Shown here in pieces: positions 1 to 9,741 of a DNA stretch of 35,259 nt. Position 1 is the first letter of the stretch. Every line of letters begins with the position of its first letter. A program made the position numbers and the translations under genes. Source of the DNA: Promethearchaeota archaeon. GTDB taxonomy: Archaea > Asgardarchaeota > Lokiarchaeia > Sigyniarchaeales > SOKP01. Location of the stretch: positions 36,806-72,064 of the forward strand of contig JBHLLU010000019.1 in the NCBI GenBank assembly GCA_048938895.1, read 5' to 3'. The notes beneath the pieces were generated by a model that saw only the letters and a list, made by a program, of their open reading frames with translations, did no database searches and had not been told where the DNA came from.

Positions 1-342
1 GAGCGCTCTAAAAGCGGTAAACATGGTCATGCTAAAGTTAGAGTCGTATGTGTTGGTCTTTTTGACGATAATAAACGTTCACTGACAATTCCGAGCGGAC
101 ATATGGTTGACATCCCGGAAATCATTAAAGGTAATGCTCAAATTAATTTTATAGAAGATGCTTCAATTAACATTATGGACTTGGAGTCTTATGAATCTTT
201 TGACGTACAATGGCCAAAAGATGAAGATCTAATAAGTAAATTAAAAGAACTTCAAGCAAGTCCCGATAAAATAGCAACTGCTCAAGTAGATTATTGGCAA
301 TTAGCTGGGAAAACTCTAATAAATCGAGTTTTTAGTAATTAG
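1..342 (+). CDS. eif5a: Translation factor aIF5A/eIF5A (5' truncated by window edge)
   Basis: Frame is open from base 1 (ERSKSGKHGHAKVRVVCVGLFDDNKRSL...) and continues into the 103..342 ORF; contains the hypusination motif GKHG. Confidence 0.95.
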   Translation, partial: ERSKSGKHGHAKVRVVCVGLFDDNKRSLTIPSGHMVDIPEIIKGNAQINFIEDASINIMDLESYESFDVQWPKDEDLISKLKELQASPDKIATAQVDYWQLAGKTLINRVFSN

Positions 343-455
343 ACAACCAAAAAATATCAAATATATAGAAGTAGTTATTGGATCTTCTAATTAATCCTTT
401 ATTTTTTGAGATAGATCTAAACAGATAAGATTTTATTACATGAAAGGGTGGAATC

Positions 456-1352
456 ATGGAAAAAAAACCCGTAGCCATGGCATGTCGATTAGATTCAGAA
501 AAAGCAATCAAATTGGCAAAAAGAATTTTCGAGTTTTTAGTTCAAAAAGGAGAAGTAGTATATTTAGAAACTAGAATCGCTCCTAAGATCTTTCCCCATA
601 ATGGTATGGATTTAGCTGAAATGACAGCTGAAAATATAAAATTCATAATTACTATCGGAGGAGATGGATCAATTTTGCGTGTTGCTAGCGGATTATCACA
701 AAAAAATCCTCCTCCTATTTTGGGTGTGAATATAGGTTCTATAGGTTTTTTAGATGAATCTAATGAAAGAACAATATTTAAGGATTTAATTCAAGCATTA
801 AATGGACGATATGAATGTGAGAAATGCTCAAAAATAACACCTTATATTGTTAAAAACTCTGAAGAAATTAGATTGAATAATGCTTTGAATGAGATATTGA
901 TCGTTTCCTCAAAAAGTTCGAAAGTATTACAGGTATCGATTAAAATAAATGGTGTATTTCTAAATCGAAGTTATTTAGATGGTGTGATAATTTCTACAGC
1001 AACTGGATCGACGGCATATAATTTAAGTGCAGGAGGGGCTATTGTTAGTCCAAATATTGAAATTATGCAGATTACACCTTTAAACAGTTTTGCCGGTTCA
1101 GGAATTAAACCAATAATACTACCGATTAATTCTGTTGTTGAAATTCAACTTCTAAGACCACGATTAGATGCAAAAATAGTCATAGACGGACAGCGTATCA
1201 TTAAAAAGATCGCCCCTAATACTAAAATTAGGATTCGTAAAGCAAATTCTCATAATACATTTATTCGATTTAATGAAAGTTATTTTAAGCGTTTAAGGAA
1301 AAAAATTCTTTCTACAGTTAGAATACCTATTGATGATTCACCAGAAGAATAG
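456..1352 (+). CDS. nadK: NAD(+) kinase
   Basis: GGDG motif, GVNIGSIGFL, LNE, and DGVIISTATGSTAYNLSAGG signature. Confidence 0.95.
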   Translation: MEKKPVAMACRLDSEKAIKLAKRIFEFLVQKGEVVYLETRIAPKIFPHNGMDLAEMTAENIKFIITIGGDGSILRVASGLSQKNPPPILGVNIGSIGFLDESNERTIFKDLIQALNGRYECEKCSKITPYIVKNSEEIRLNNALNEILIVSSKSSKVLQVSIKINGVFLNRSYLDGVIISTATGSTAYNLSAGGAIVSPNIEIMQITPLNSFAGSGIKPIILPINSVVEIQLLRPRLDAKIVIDGQRIIKKIAPNTKIRIRKANSHNTFIRFNESYFKRLRKKILSTVRIPIDDSPEE

Positions 1353-1356
1353 TAGT

Positions 1357-1896
1357 ATGAAGGAAAATCCTCCAATTTATATTTTTGATGCTAATATTTT
1401 TTTCACTGGTATTGACTTTAATATCATTGAAGGTAAAATCTATACAACACCCTCTATTATTGATGAAATAAAAGTTCAAAAATATGAAGTAAAAAATAGA
1501 AATGTGTTAAATAGAATTTATGTGGCAATTGAGAACAAAAAATTAGAGATTAAGACACCTAATAAGGATTATTTAAAGAGAGTCGAGTTAATTTCGAAAA
1601 CAACAGGAGATTTCAAAGTTTTATCTAATGCAGATAAAGATTTACTCGCGATTTCTTTAGAATTGTTGGATGTTCAAGATGAGCCCATAGTGGTATTTTC
1701 TAATGATTACTCGGTTGAAAATCTGTGTTCTGAGTTAAAAATACCGTATTCTCCCTTGTTTAAAGAAGGTATTACAAAAAAAATTATATGGGAAATCTAC
1801 TGTCCCTCTTGTTACAAAATCTATGATTCTGATGATTTATATTACATATGCGAAAAATGTGGATCTAAACTGAAAAGAAGACCTAAAAGTATCTGA
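1357..1896 (+). CDS. nob1: Nob1-like rRNA maturation endonuclease (PIN domain + Zn ribbon)
   Basis: IFDAN PIN start, TGDFKVLSNADKDLLA, SNDYSVEN, C-terminal CPSC...CEKCGS. ATG at 1357 preferred over the track start at 1330, which overlaps nadK. Confidence 0.9.
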   Translation: MKENPPIYIFDANIFFTGIDFNIIEGKIYTTPSIIDEIKVQKYEVKNRNVLNRIYVAIENKKLEIKTPNKDYLKRVELISKTTGDFKVLSNADKDLLAISLELLDVQDEPIVVFSNDYSVENLCSELKIPYSPLFKEGITKKIIWEIYCPSCYKIYDSDDLYYICEKCGSKLKRRPKSI

Positions 1897-1979
1897 AGTA
1901 ATATATTATATTAGTGGTAATTATATAAATTGTATCATATATTAATATCGAAAGTACAACGAAAGGATTAATTGATCAC

Positions 1980-3032
1980 ATGGGCGTTAAAATAAACGAA
2001 TTAGTAAATGAAGTCAAAAGGACTATTACATTTGAAAATTTATTCAAAAAAGAGATTGCTATTGATGCATTTAATACGATCTATCAGTTTTTAGCTATAA
2101 TTCGTCAGCGAGATGGAACCCCTTTAAAGGATTTTCAAGGAAATGTCACATCCCATCTTTCTGGATTATTTTATAGAAGTATCAACTTTATTGAGCATAA
2201 TATAAAGCCTATTTACGTTTTTGATGGTAAGCCTCCTGAGTTAAAGCTGGATACTATAAAAGAGCGAAAAAAAATTAAAGAAGAAGCTCAGAAAAAAATG
2301 ATTGCAGCCCAAGATGCAGAAGATTTTAAAGAAGCCAAAAAATTTGCTCAATTTACATCAAAACTTGATGAGGAGATGATTGAGGAAAGTAAAAAACTAA
2401 TTGAATCTATGGGCATTCCTTTAATACAAGCTAGTTCTGAAGGTGAAGCTCAATCAGCTTATATGGTTGAGAAAGGAGATGCGTGGGCATGTGCATCTCA
2501 AGATTACGATACGATATTATTTGGGGGAGAGCGTTTAATTCGTAATTTTGCAGTGAGTCGAAGTAGAAAAGTAAGAGATACTACAGTTACATTAGATATA
2601 GAATATATCTCACTTTCAAAATTTTTAAAAAATTTAGGAATCAATCGTGAACAATTAGTAGATATGGGAATTCTTATAGGTACTGATTTTTTTCCTGGTG
2701 TAAGAGGTATTGGTCAGAAAACCGCATTAGATTTAATAAAAAAACATGGATCTATAGAAAACATCTTAAAGCATGAGGTTAAAGTTGGTGGTAAAGATAT
2801 TCTTTTAGATATGTCTCTAGTTGAGCAAACGAGAGCAATTTTTTTAACACCCGATGTACAAAAAGATTATCTCATACCAAAACCTAAAAAAATTAATTTT
2901 GAAAGAATAGAAGAGTTATTAATTGAACAGCACAATTTTTCAAAGCAAAGAGTTGAGAATGCATTAGATAGATTAAGAAAATTAGATTCTAAAAAAACGC
3001 AAGTATCATTGGATGATTTTCTTAAGGTTTAA
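1980..3032 (+). CDS. fen: Flap endonuclease 1
   Basis: MGV start, AIDAFNTIYQFL, TSHLSGLFYR, VFDGKPP, EGEAQ, SQDYD, GTDF..G..GIG.KTA, C-terminal PCNA PIP box QVSLDDF. Confidence 0.97.
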   Translation: MGVKINELVNEVKRTITFENLFKKEIAIDAFNTIYQFLAIIRQRDGTPLKDFQGNVTSHLSGLFYRSINFIEHNIKPIYVFDGKPPELKLDTIKERKKIKEEAQKKMIAAQDAEDFKEAKKFAQFTSKLDEEMIEESKKLIESMGIPLIQASSEGEAQSAYMVEKGDAWACASQDYDTILFGGERLIRNFAVSRSRKVRDTTVTLDIEYISLSKFLKNLGINREQLVDMGILIGTDFFPGVRGIGQKTALDLIKKHGSIENILKHEVKVGGKDILLDMSLVEQTRAIFLTPDVQKDYLIPKPKKINFERIEELLIEQHNFSKQRVENALDRLRKLDSKKTQVSLDDFLKV

Positions 3033-3115
3033 ATATATTACGAAATGGAAAAATTTTTACAAAATTATTATTTATAATTATTATACATATAAAATTTTCT
3101 TAGAAATGGAATATT

Positions 3116-5359
3116 ATGTCATCAAAGGACGATGCTAAAGAAGAAGAAAGGGAGAATGAAAAGAATGATACACCAAGCGTGGTTTTAAGAGTTCAAAAAG
3201 CGAAAAAGCGAGATATTGGGAAGACTATTATAAGAATTGATCAAAAAACAATGGAGAAGTTAAATATTCAAACTGGTGATGTTATTGAAGTCATTGGTAA
3301 AAAGAAGAGTGCGGGGATTGCGTGGCCAAGTTATCCTCAAGATAATGGTCTGGGAATCGTTCGCATTGATTCAAGAGTACAAAAGAACACAGGAACTCGA
3401 ATTGATGATACATTAGAAATTCGTAAAGTTAAAGCAGAACCCGCTCAGAATATTGTCTTAGCTCCATCGGGTGTTAGAGTAAGACCTAATCCTAAATTCG
3501 AGAGTTTTGTGAAAAGGAAACTTAATAATCATCCAGTAACGGTAGATGATTTTATTTTCATCTCAATTGGGATCAGTAGAGAAATTACATTTAAAGTCAT
3601 TAGTATGAGACCTAATGAAGTCTGTCAAATAAAACAAGATACCGTTCTAAATATCAGTGATAAAGTTACTGAAGATGTCGAGACAGGAGTTGGTTATATA
3701 ACTTACGAGGATGTCGGTGGATTAGACAGGGAAATACAGAGAGTAAGAGAAATGGTTGAATTACCATTACGTCATCCATCTTTATTCAAACGATTGGGGA
3801 TAGATCCGCCGAAAGGCGTTTTATTAAGAGGTCCACCTGGATGTGGTAAAACATTACTAGCTAAAGCAGTTGCAAATGAAAGTGAAGCACATTTCATATC
3901 TATCAATGGTCCAGAAATTATGAGTAAGTTCTATGGAGAATCTGAGAAAAAGTTGCGCAAAATTTTTATTGAGGCAGAAGAAAAAAGTCCTTCAATTATT
4001 TTCATCGATGAGATAGATGCTATTGCTCCGAAAAGAGAAACTGTTACAGGAGAAGTTGAACGTAGGGTAGTTGCTCAACTTCTCGCCCTAATGGATGGGT
4101 TGCATGGAAGAGGGAAAGTAATTGTTATTGGTGCAACAAATAGACCAAATAGTTTGGATCCTGCTTTAAGAAGACCAGGTAGATTTGATCGGGAGATTGA
4201 AATCAAGGTACCTAATGAAAAAGGAAGGATAGAAATTTTTCAAATACACACACGCAATATGCCACTTGATAAGAAAATTTCATTAAAGGAGTTTGCCCAA
4301 ATAACACATGGTTTTGTTGGAGCAGATATTTCTGCTGTATCTCGAGAAGCAGCTATGTCAGCTTTACGAAGGTATCTACCTAAAATAGATTTAGAATCAG
4401 AAATAATAGATCAAGAATTATTAGAGCAAATTGAGGTAACTAAAAGCGACTTTGAAGAAGCTTTAAAAGAAGTGTTACCTTCTGGTATAAGAGAGGTGTT
4501 TGTAGAAGTACCGAACGTAACTTGGGAGCAAGTAGGAGGTTTGGATATTCTAAAACAACAATTAATAGAAGCTGTTGAATGGCCTTTATCTAATCCAACA
4601 ATTTTCAGTCGGATGGGAATAAGACCTCCTAAAGGAATTCTGCTATATGGTCCACCCGGTTGTGGTAAAACCTTATTAGCAAGAGCCGTTGCCACTGAGA
4701 GTAAAGCTAATTTTATTTCAATAAAAGGACCAGAATTATTATCGAAATGGGTAGGAGAAAGTGAGAAAGCCATAAGAGAAGTATTTAGAAAGGCTAAGAT
4801 GGCAGCCCCTTGTATCATCTTTTTTGATGAATTTGATTCAATAGCACCTTCTCGAGGTAGGCACACCTCTGATTCGGGAGTATCGGAAAAAGTTTTATCC
4901 CAATTCCTAACTGAATTAGATGGATTAGAAGTTATGAAAGATATCGTTGTAATTGCCGCTACAAACCGTCCTGATATTTTAGATCCTGCACTTATTAGAC
5001 CCGGAAGAATTGATCGTATTTTGTTAGTCCCTGCTCCTGAGAAAGAAGCAAAATTAGAAATACTTTCGATTTTTACTAAAGACATGCCACTTGCAGCAAA
5101 TATGGACTTAAACAAATTGATTGAAATAACTGACGGTTTCTCTGGTGCTGATATAGAGACGTGGTGCCGTGAAGCCGCGATGATTGCACTTAGAGAAAAC
5201 ATTAGAGCCAGAAAAGTAACAATGGAACATTTTAAAGAAGCGAGAAATGATATTCATCCTAGCATTACTAAAGAAATCATTGAATGGTATGAGAAATTTG
5301 GTGAGAAATTGAAAAGTAGGCGAATTGAAGAATCTAAAGAAGATGGGTTATTTGTATAA
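3116..5359 (+). CDS. cdc48: Cdc48/VCP/VAT family AAA+ ATPase
   Basis: N domain plus two AAA modules (GPPGCGKT twice; IIFIDE and IFFDE Walker B; ATNRP...DPAL.RPGR.DR second region of homology). Confidence 0.97.
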   Translation: MSSKDDAKEEERENEKNDTPSVVLRVQKAKKRDIGKTIIRIDQKTMEKLNIQTGDVIEVIGKKKSAGIAWPSYPQDNGLGIVRIDSRVQKNTGTRIDDTLEIRKVKAEPAQNIVLAPSGVRVRPNPKFESFVKRKLNNHPVTVDDFIFISIGISREITFKVISMRPNEVCQIKQDTVLNISDKVTEDVETGVGYITYEDVGGLDREIQRVREMVELPLRHPSLFKRLGIDPPKGVLLRGPPGCGKTLLAKAVANESEAHFISINGPEIMSKFYGESEKKLRKIFIEAEEKSPSIIFIDEIDAIAPKRETVTGEVERRVVAQLLALMDGLHGRGKVIVIGATNRPNSLDPALRRPGRFDREIEIKVPNEKGRIEIFQIHTRNMPLDKKISLKEFAQITHGFVGADISAVSREAAMSALRRYLPKIDLESEIIDQELLEQIEVTKSDFEEALKEVLPSGIREVFVEVPNVTWEQVGGLDILKQQLIEAVEWPLSNPTIFSRMGIRPPKGILLYGPPGCGKTLLARAVATESKANFISIKGPELLSKWVGESEKAIREVFRKAKMAAPCIIFFDEFDSIAPSRGRHTSDSGVSEKVLSQFLTELDGLEVMKDIVVIAATNRPDILDPALIRPGRIDRILLVPAPEKEAKLEILSIFTKDMPLAANMDLNKLIEITDGFSGADIETWCREAAMIALRENIRARKVTMEHFKEARNDIHPSITKEIIEWYEKFGEKLKSRRIEESKEDGLFV

Positions 5360-5437
5360 TTTTCCCAAAATTAATTAGAAAGCAAGTATTAACATTATTA
5401 TTACTCTATTTTTTATACTATTTTCAGGTGTTTTAAA

Positions 5438-5704
5438 ATCGAACGTTGGAATCAAAAACCTATAATTAATTCATTAATAGACATACTCATTAAAAATAAG
5501 GGAGAAATCTTAGATAAGCGTCTTGAGGAACTTCTTAAAAAAGAATTTCCGTATATAAACTCATTATATTTGGAAGAGATATTTATGAAGTTAGAAAGCA
5601 TGAATATTATCAGTGTTTTTCGTGTTTCAAAAAATAAAAAAATGATTGTGTTTAATAAACAAAACACTGCGATAAGAGAAGAATTAAGCACTGATTTACT
5701 TTAA
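5438..5704 (+). CDS. Small winged-helix-like protein (~88 aa), absent from the ORF track; apparent ATC start
   Basis: Open frame I/M-ERWNQKPIINSLIDILIKNKGEILDKRLEELLKKEFPYINSLYLEEIFMKLESMNIISVFRVSKNKKMIVFN...DLL*, with AGGTG SD-like motif 7 nt before ATC. Three-helix plus beta-hairpin pattern. Confidence 0.7.
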   Translation: MERWNQKPIINSLIDILIKNKGEILDKRLEELLKKEFPYINSLYLEEIFMKLESMNIISVFRVSKNKKMIVFNKQNTAIREELSTDLL

Positions 5705-7222
5705 TTGTTTAGGCTCCCAATTCATACATACTTGGGCTAAAGTAGTTTCTTCCGACGCAGATCGATATAATCTTTCTCTTATATCTATAAAAACAGGATA
5801 GTTTACAGCGGTTCCCATTAATAACATTTCACCCACTCCTAAAGAGGATATCATGCTTGCATATTCTTTGGTGATTGCTTCTGAACTGTCCATTAGATGT
5901 TTTAAATCATATGGATTTTTTATATTTAATACCATTTTAGAATTACATTGAGAAAGTGCAGTGGTACTTAATCGCTTTGGTCTTTGGCTTATTAAACATA
6001 AACAAGACATAAATTTCCTTCCTTCTCTGGCAATCATTTCGATTATTGATTTAGATATCGCTTTAGAATGGGCTGCTTCTGGACAGAATTGGTGTGCTTC
6101 TTCTATTACTAACAAGAAGGGAGGAATGATATTTAGCCTTCGCATATCAAATAGGCGTGTACAGATATAATCGACGATTATTTGCTTTTTTCTTATACTT
6201 ACTTCCTTTTGAAGATTAAAAATAACCAATTGTTGCTTTTCAATAATGTTATCTAAAGTAGGGTTCTCTTGAGAGCCAAATAGAGTTAAACGATCTAAAT
6301 CAGAAAGCCAACCTATCAGTGCCTGCCTAGTGTTTTTATTTCCCTCTAATTCAGTCTCAAGAAGTTCAATAATATCTCTAACTGTATATCGATTTTTCTT
6401 TTCTTTATTCTTTTTTAACCTTTTAACAAATTTTACAAGTTCCCTTAATTGAACACTCGATATATTTTCTTGATATTTCTTAAACGAGAAGATGGGCATT
6501 TTAGGGACGGAAATTTGAAAATAGGAGATATCTTGAACACTTACTTTATTTTTTAATTCTGGAATCTCTTTTAGATATGAGTATTCTCCGTGAACGTCAA
6601 ATAGAACGATTGCGGGAGTTCCCCAACTCTCTTCTCTTTTTAATAATTCTTCTAAGAGTATTGAAGTAAGATAGCTTTTCCCTCCACCAGAAATTGAGAG
6701 TATCGCGAAATGTTTATTTAATAATCGATTCATATTGATTTTTGCAGTAGTGTTAGTGACTTTAACCGAACCTATTTCTAAACCATTTACACGATCGAAT
6801 CCTATGAATTCATTGAGAAGTTCTTCCTCAATGATATATACATCTCTTCCCGGACTTGCAGGATAGGTCATTCTAAGAATTTTCTCGATTTTGTTTTTTG
6901 ATTCATTCTTAAATTTTATGATTCCCAGACATTTTACAATTGCTATTGCAAACTCAAAATCTTCACTGGGAAAAAGACCTTTCAAGATATTAGGATTGTT
7001 ATTAGCATTATAGGCTTTAATTGTTAAAGCATCAGTAAAATATTCATTGAGTAATATAATCCGTTCTATGATTCCGATTAAGAATCCTTCGTTGGATTCT
7101 GTATAGACAAATAATCCTTTCTGAATAAAAATGTTATCCCGTCTTTTACTAATGACAAAAGGGAACTGAGATACATCCGGTAATTGTAAGTAGTTAAGAA
7201 CTGTTCCAGCTTTTATAGTCAT
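5696..7222 (-). CDS. herA: HerA-family (DUF87/FtsK-HerA) ATPase with N-terminal HAS-barrel-like region
   Basis: KHFAILSISGGGKS Walker A, FDVHGEY, VIEEAHQF Walker B, IAREGRKF and ISQRP motifs. Confidence 0.88.
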   Translation of the reverse strand: MTIKAGTVLNYLQLPDVSQFPFVISKRRDNIFIQKGLFVYTESNEGFLIGIIERIILLNEYFTDALTIKAYNANNNPNILKGLFPSEDFEFAIAIVKCLGIIKFKNESKNKIEKILRMTYPASPGRDVYIIEEELLNEFIGFDRVNGLEIGSVKVTNTTAKINMNRLLNKHFAILSISGGGKSYLTSILLEELLKREESWGTPAIVLFDVHGEYSYLKEIPELKNKVSVQDISYFQISVPKMPIFSFKKYQENISSVQLRELVKFVKRLKKNKEKKNRYTVRDIIELLETELEGNKNTRQALIGWLSDLDRLTLFGSQENPTLDNIIEKQQLVIFNLQKEVSIRKKQIIVDYICTRLFDMRRLNIIPPFLLVIEEAHQFCPEAAHSKAISKSIIEMIAREGRKFMSCLCLISQRPKRLSTTALSQCNSKMVLNIKNPYDLKHLMDSSEAITKEYASMISSLGVGEMLLMGTAVNYPVFIDIRERLYRSASEETTLAQVCMNWEPKQLK

Positions 7223-7346
7223 TTTATAAAATATATTAAAGAAAGCTAAATTAATCTTATAAAAGAATAATAGGGAATAAAAAAAAGATAAGGGAAAGAA
7301 TTTTCTGATTTAAAAAATAGTAGAAAATAGAGATTTGAGTTTTTTA

Positions 7347-7949
7347 CTATTCTTGTTTTTCTAGACCACCTAAAAGTCTTAAAATTAGATAATATCCATT
7401 TTTCCAAAAGTAGATCATAAAGAGAGCTACGCCAATTATCAGAAACGTGCCTATACCTACCAAGAGTACCCATGGACCTGTACTTCCTAGAAATGTAAAA
7501 ATTGAATCTGAATCTCCTGAAGATCCCACTATAATATCCCAAATAGGACCTAGTACAAATCCAACTATAATTACAATTAGACTTATTAATAAACCGCCCA
7601 CAACAATTTTTACACCAGTTCGGTTCTTGTATCTTTCTTCTAGTTCTCTTTTTCTATATATAAAGACCATTAGTGAGTGAGATGTTTTTTTGAAGAGTCC
7701 ATAGAAGAAGACTAATAAGAAAAATAATCCTGCTAGAAGTCCTCCAACGATAGTCACTTGATAACCTATATTTAGATCTAAGAACTGTTCAAGTTTTCCC
7801 TTGGGCCCAATGATAATGTCAGCAAATGTCCATACCACACCTCCAATAGTAATCAGACTAGCTATAACAATAAGTATATAAAAAATTGTTGAGACAATTC
7901 TTTGGTTTTTATTGTACTCCTTAGCCGGGGTTGAAGAAACATTTTCCAT
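7347..7949 (-). CDS. Hypothetical 4-TM membrane protein with apparent internal duplication
   Basis: Four hydrophobic segments in two similar hairpins. ATG at 7949 chosen; track start is GTG at 7958. Confidence 0.8.
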   Translation of the reverse strand: MENVSSTPAKEYNKNQRIVSTIFYILIVIASLITIGGVVWTFADIIIGPKGKLEQFLDLNIGYQVTIVGGLLAGLFFLLVFFYGLFKKTSHSLMVFIYRKRELEERYKNRTGVKIVVGGLLISLIVIIVGFVLGPIWDIIVGSSGDSDSIFTFLGSTGPWVLLVGIGTFLIIGVALFMIYFWKNGYYLILRLLGGLEKQE

Positions 7950-8101
7950 ATATTTCACATCCTTTTTATTGAATATTTTGTAAGAGAAGAAAATCTCGTC
8001 TAAACAACACTAGGTATTTATGATTAAAGAAAGAATAACAATTAAGATATATAAAATTGATGATTATGAGGTAGAACTAATAATAAATTAAGGATGTAGA
8101 T

Positions 8102-9640
8102 TTATTTTTTGTTTATTTCACTTGAAATATCATCTAGTTTCATATACATATTGTTCTTTTCCAATATTGTATATAATTCTGATGAGTATCTATAGAGTTT
8201 TTCATAGATTTTTTGTCGTTCTACGTTGGGATTCCATTTCTTATCTATTTTGCATAGATTTTCAGCAGCTTTTACAATATCTGGAAATATTCCTGCCCCA
8301 GAAGCGGCAAGGATAGCAGCGCCAAGGGAAGTTGCTTCTTCAATAACATTTCTGACACATGTGATTCCTAAAACATCAGTATAGATTTGATTCCATAGAT
8401 CTGAGCGAGATCCACCTCCAGTTAGCTTCAACTCTTTCGGCTCAATTCCAATCTCTTTGAAAACTTCAATATTTTTTCGAAGTTCAAATGCAACGCCTTC
8501 CAGCACCGCTCGATATAAATCTTTTCGTTGATGTCCTAAAGCTAATCCAAATAGTACTCCTCTAGCATGGGGATTCCAATGTGGTGCTCCTGCACCTACC
8601 AAATGTGGTATTAACATTATCCCATTTGCTCCTATAGGAGATTTTTCAGCTTGAGCTATCATAATATCATAAGGATCTTGTCCTTTTTCTTCTGCTGTCT
8701 CACATTCAGCTAATCCGATCTGATCTCTAAACCATCTAAGAGTTGCTCCAGAGGTAAAAATACTCGCTTCTTGAACCCAAGTACCAGGAACAGCATGACA
8801 ACTGCATAACACTCGTTGTTGGGGATCGAAATTTGGTTTCGATAAAAATGCAAGAATAAAGCTTCCAGTTCCAGTTGTACATTTAATTTCTCCAGGTGTA
8901 ACCACACCAACACCTAAAGCAGCAGACTGCTGATCTCCTGCTCCTGTAACTACAAGAGTTTTTTTATCGAATAAAGTTTCGTCTGTCACAATTTCTCCTA
9001 TCTCTAATCCACTTTCTAGTGTTTCTGGCATCTTATCTAAGTCAAGATCTAATTCAGAAGCAATTTTTTCTGAATATTTCAAATTTACTATATCAAATAA
9101 CATTGTACGTGAAGCATTTGAATAATCAGTGCAGAATCTTCCTGTTAATTTGTGTATTATGTAATCAGCAACTAGAAGAAATTTGTGTGTTCTTTTATAA
9201 ATCTCAGGTTTTTTGTCTTTAAACCATAGGATTTTAGTTGCAGAAAAATAAGGATCTATTGTTAATCCTGTTGTTCTGTAAATTTCATCGATCCCTACCT
9301 TTTTCTGAATATCTTTTACTTGATCGATTGTTCTCCTATCTTGCCACACTAAAGCATTATGAAGGGGATTTCCCTCTTTATCAACAGGTACAATAGTTTC
9401 TCGTTGATTTGTAACAGAAAGACTAACAATATCAGTTTTATCAATTCCACTTTTCTTTATGGCTCTTTCTATAGTTTTTTTAATGGAATCCCACCAAACA
9501 TTAGCATCTTGTTCTACAAATGAGGGAGAAGGAAAAAAACTTTCCCATTCTTGATAGTCGCTAGCAATTATTGTCCCTACTAAATCAAAAATATAAGTTC
9601 TACAACCAGTGGTGCCTAAATCTAGGGCAGCTACAAACAT
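8102..9640 (-). CDS. FGGY carbohydrate kinase, glycerol-kinase-like
   Basis: DLGTTG, TNQRET, WQDRRT, GLTIDPYFSATK, TDYSNASRTMLFDI, GDQQ, GTGSF, EATSLGAA. Confidence 0.9.
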   Translation of the reverse strand: MFVAALDLGTTGCRTYIFDLVGTIIASDYQEWESFFPSPSFVEQDANVWWDSIKKTIERAIKKSGIDKTDIVSLSVTNQRETIVPVDKEGNPLHNALVWQDRRTIDQVKDIQKKVGIDEIYRTTGLTIDPYFSATKILWFKDKKPEIYKRTHKFLLVADYIIHKLTGRFCTDYSNASRTMLFDIVNLKYSEKIASELDLDLDKMPETLESGLEIGEIVTDETLFDKKTLVVTGAGDQQSAALGVGVVTPGEIKCTTGTGSFILAFLSKPNFDPQQRVLCSCHAVPGTWVQEASIFTSGATLRWFRDQIGLAECETAEEKGQDPYDIMIAQAEKSPIGANGIMLIPHLVGAGAPHWNPHARGVLFGLALGHQRKDLYRAVLEGVAFELRKNIEVFKEIGIEPKELKLTGGGSRSDLWNQIYTDVLGITCVRNVIEEATSLGAAILAASGAGIFPDIVKAAENLCKIDKKWNPNVERQKIYEKLYRYSSELYTILEKNNMYMKLDDISSEINKK

Positions 9641-9741
9641 TATTGAATTACATCCAATTATTCTTAAGTTTAGTAATAAGTTATAGATTGAACTATTTAA
9701 TAAAATCCTTATTACTGACTTAATTAAAATAGTCTCTAATT

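Noticed and set aside
4411-5202. 263-aa antisense ORF inside cdc48, and similar antisense or nested ORFs (e.g. 12167-12637, 14738-15244, 9779-10138, 27062-27382)
   Set aside because: Fully overlap well-supported genes, Ser/Ile-rich composition typical of reverse-frame shadows, no motifs.
5452-5691. 79-aa minus-strand ORF in the track
   Set aside because: Antisense shadow of the more protein-like plus-strand wHTH frame (5438-5704).
6670-6715. HerA Walker A beginning with Ser (SISGGGKS) as a sign of inactivation
   Set aside because: Archaeal HerA proteins commonly have a small non-Gly residue here; GKS and Walker B are intact.
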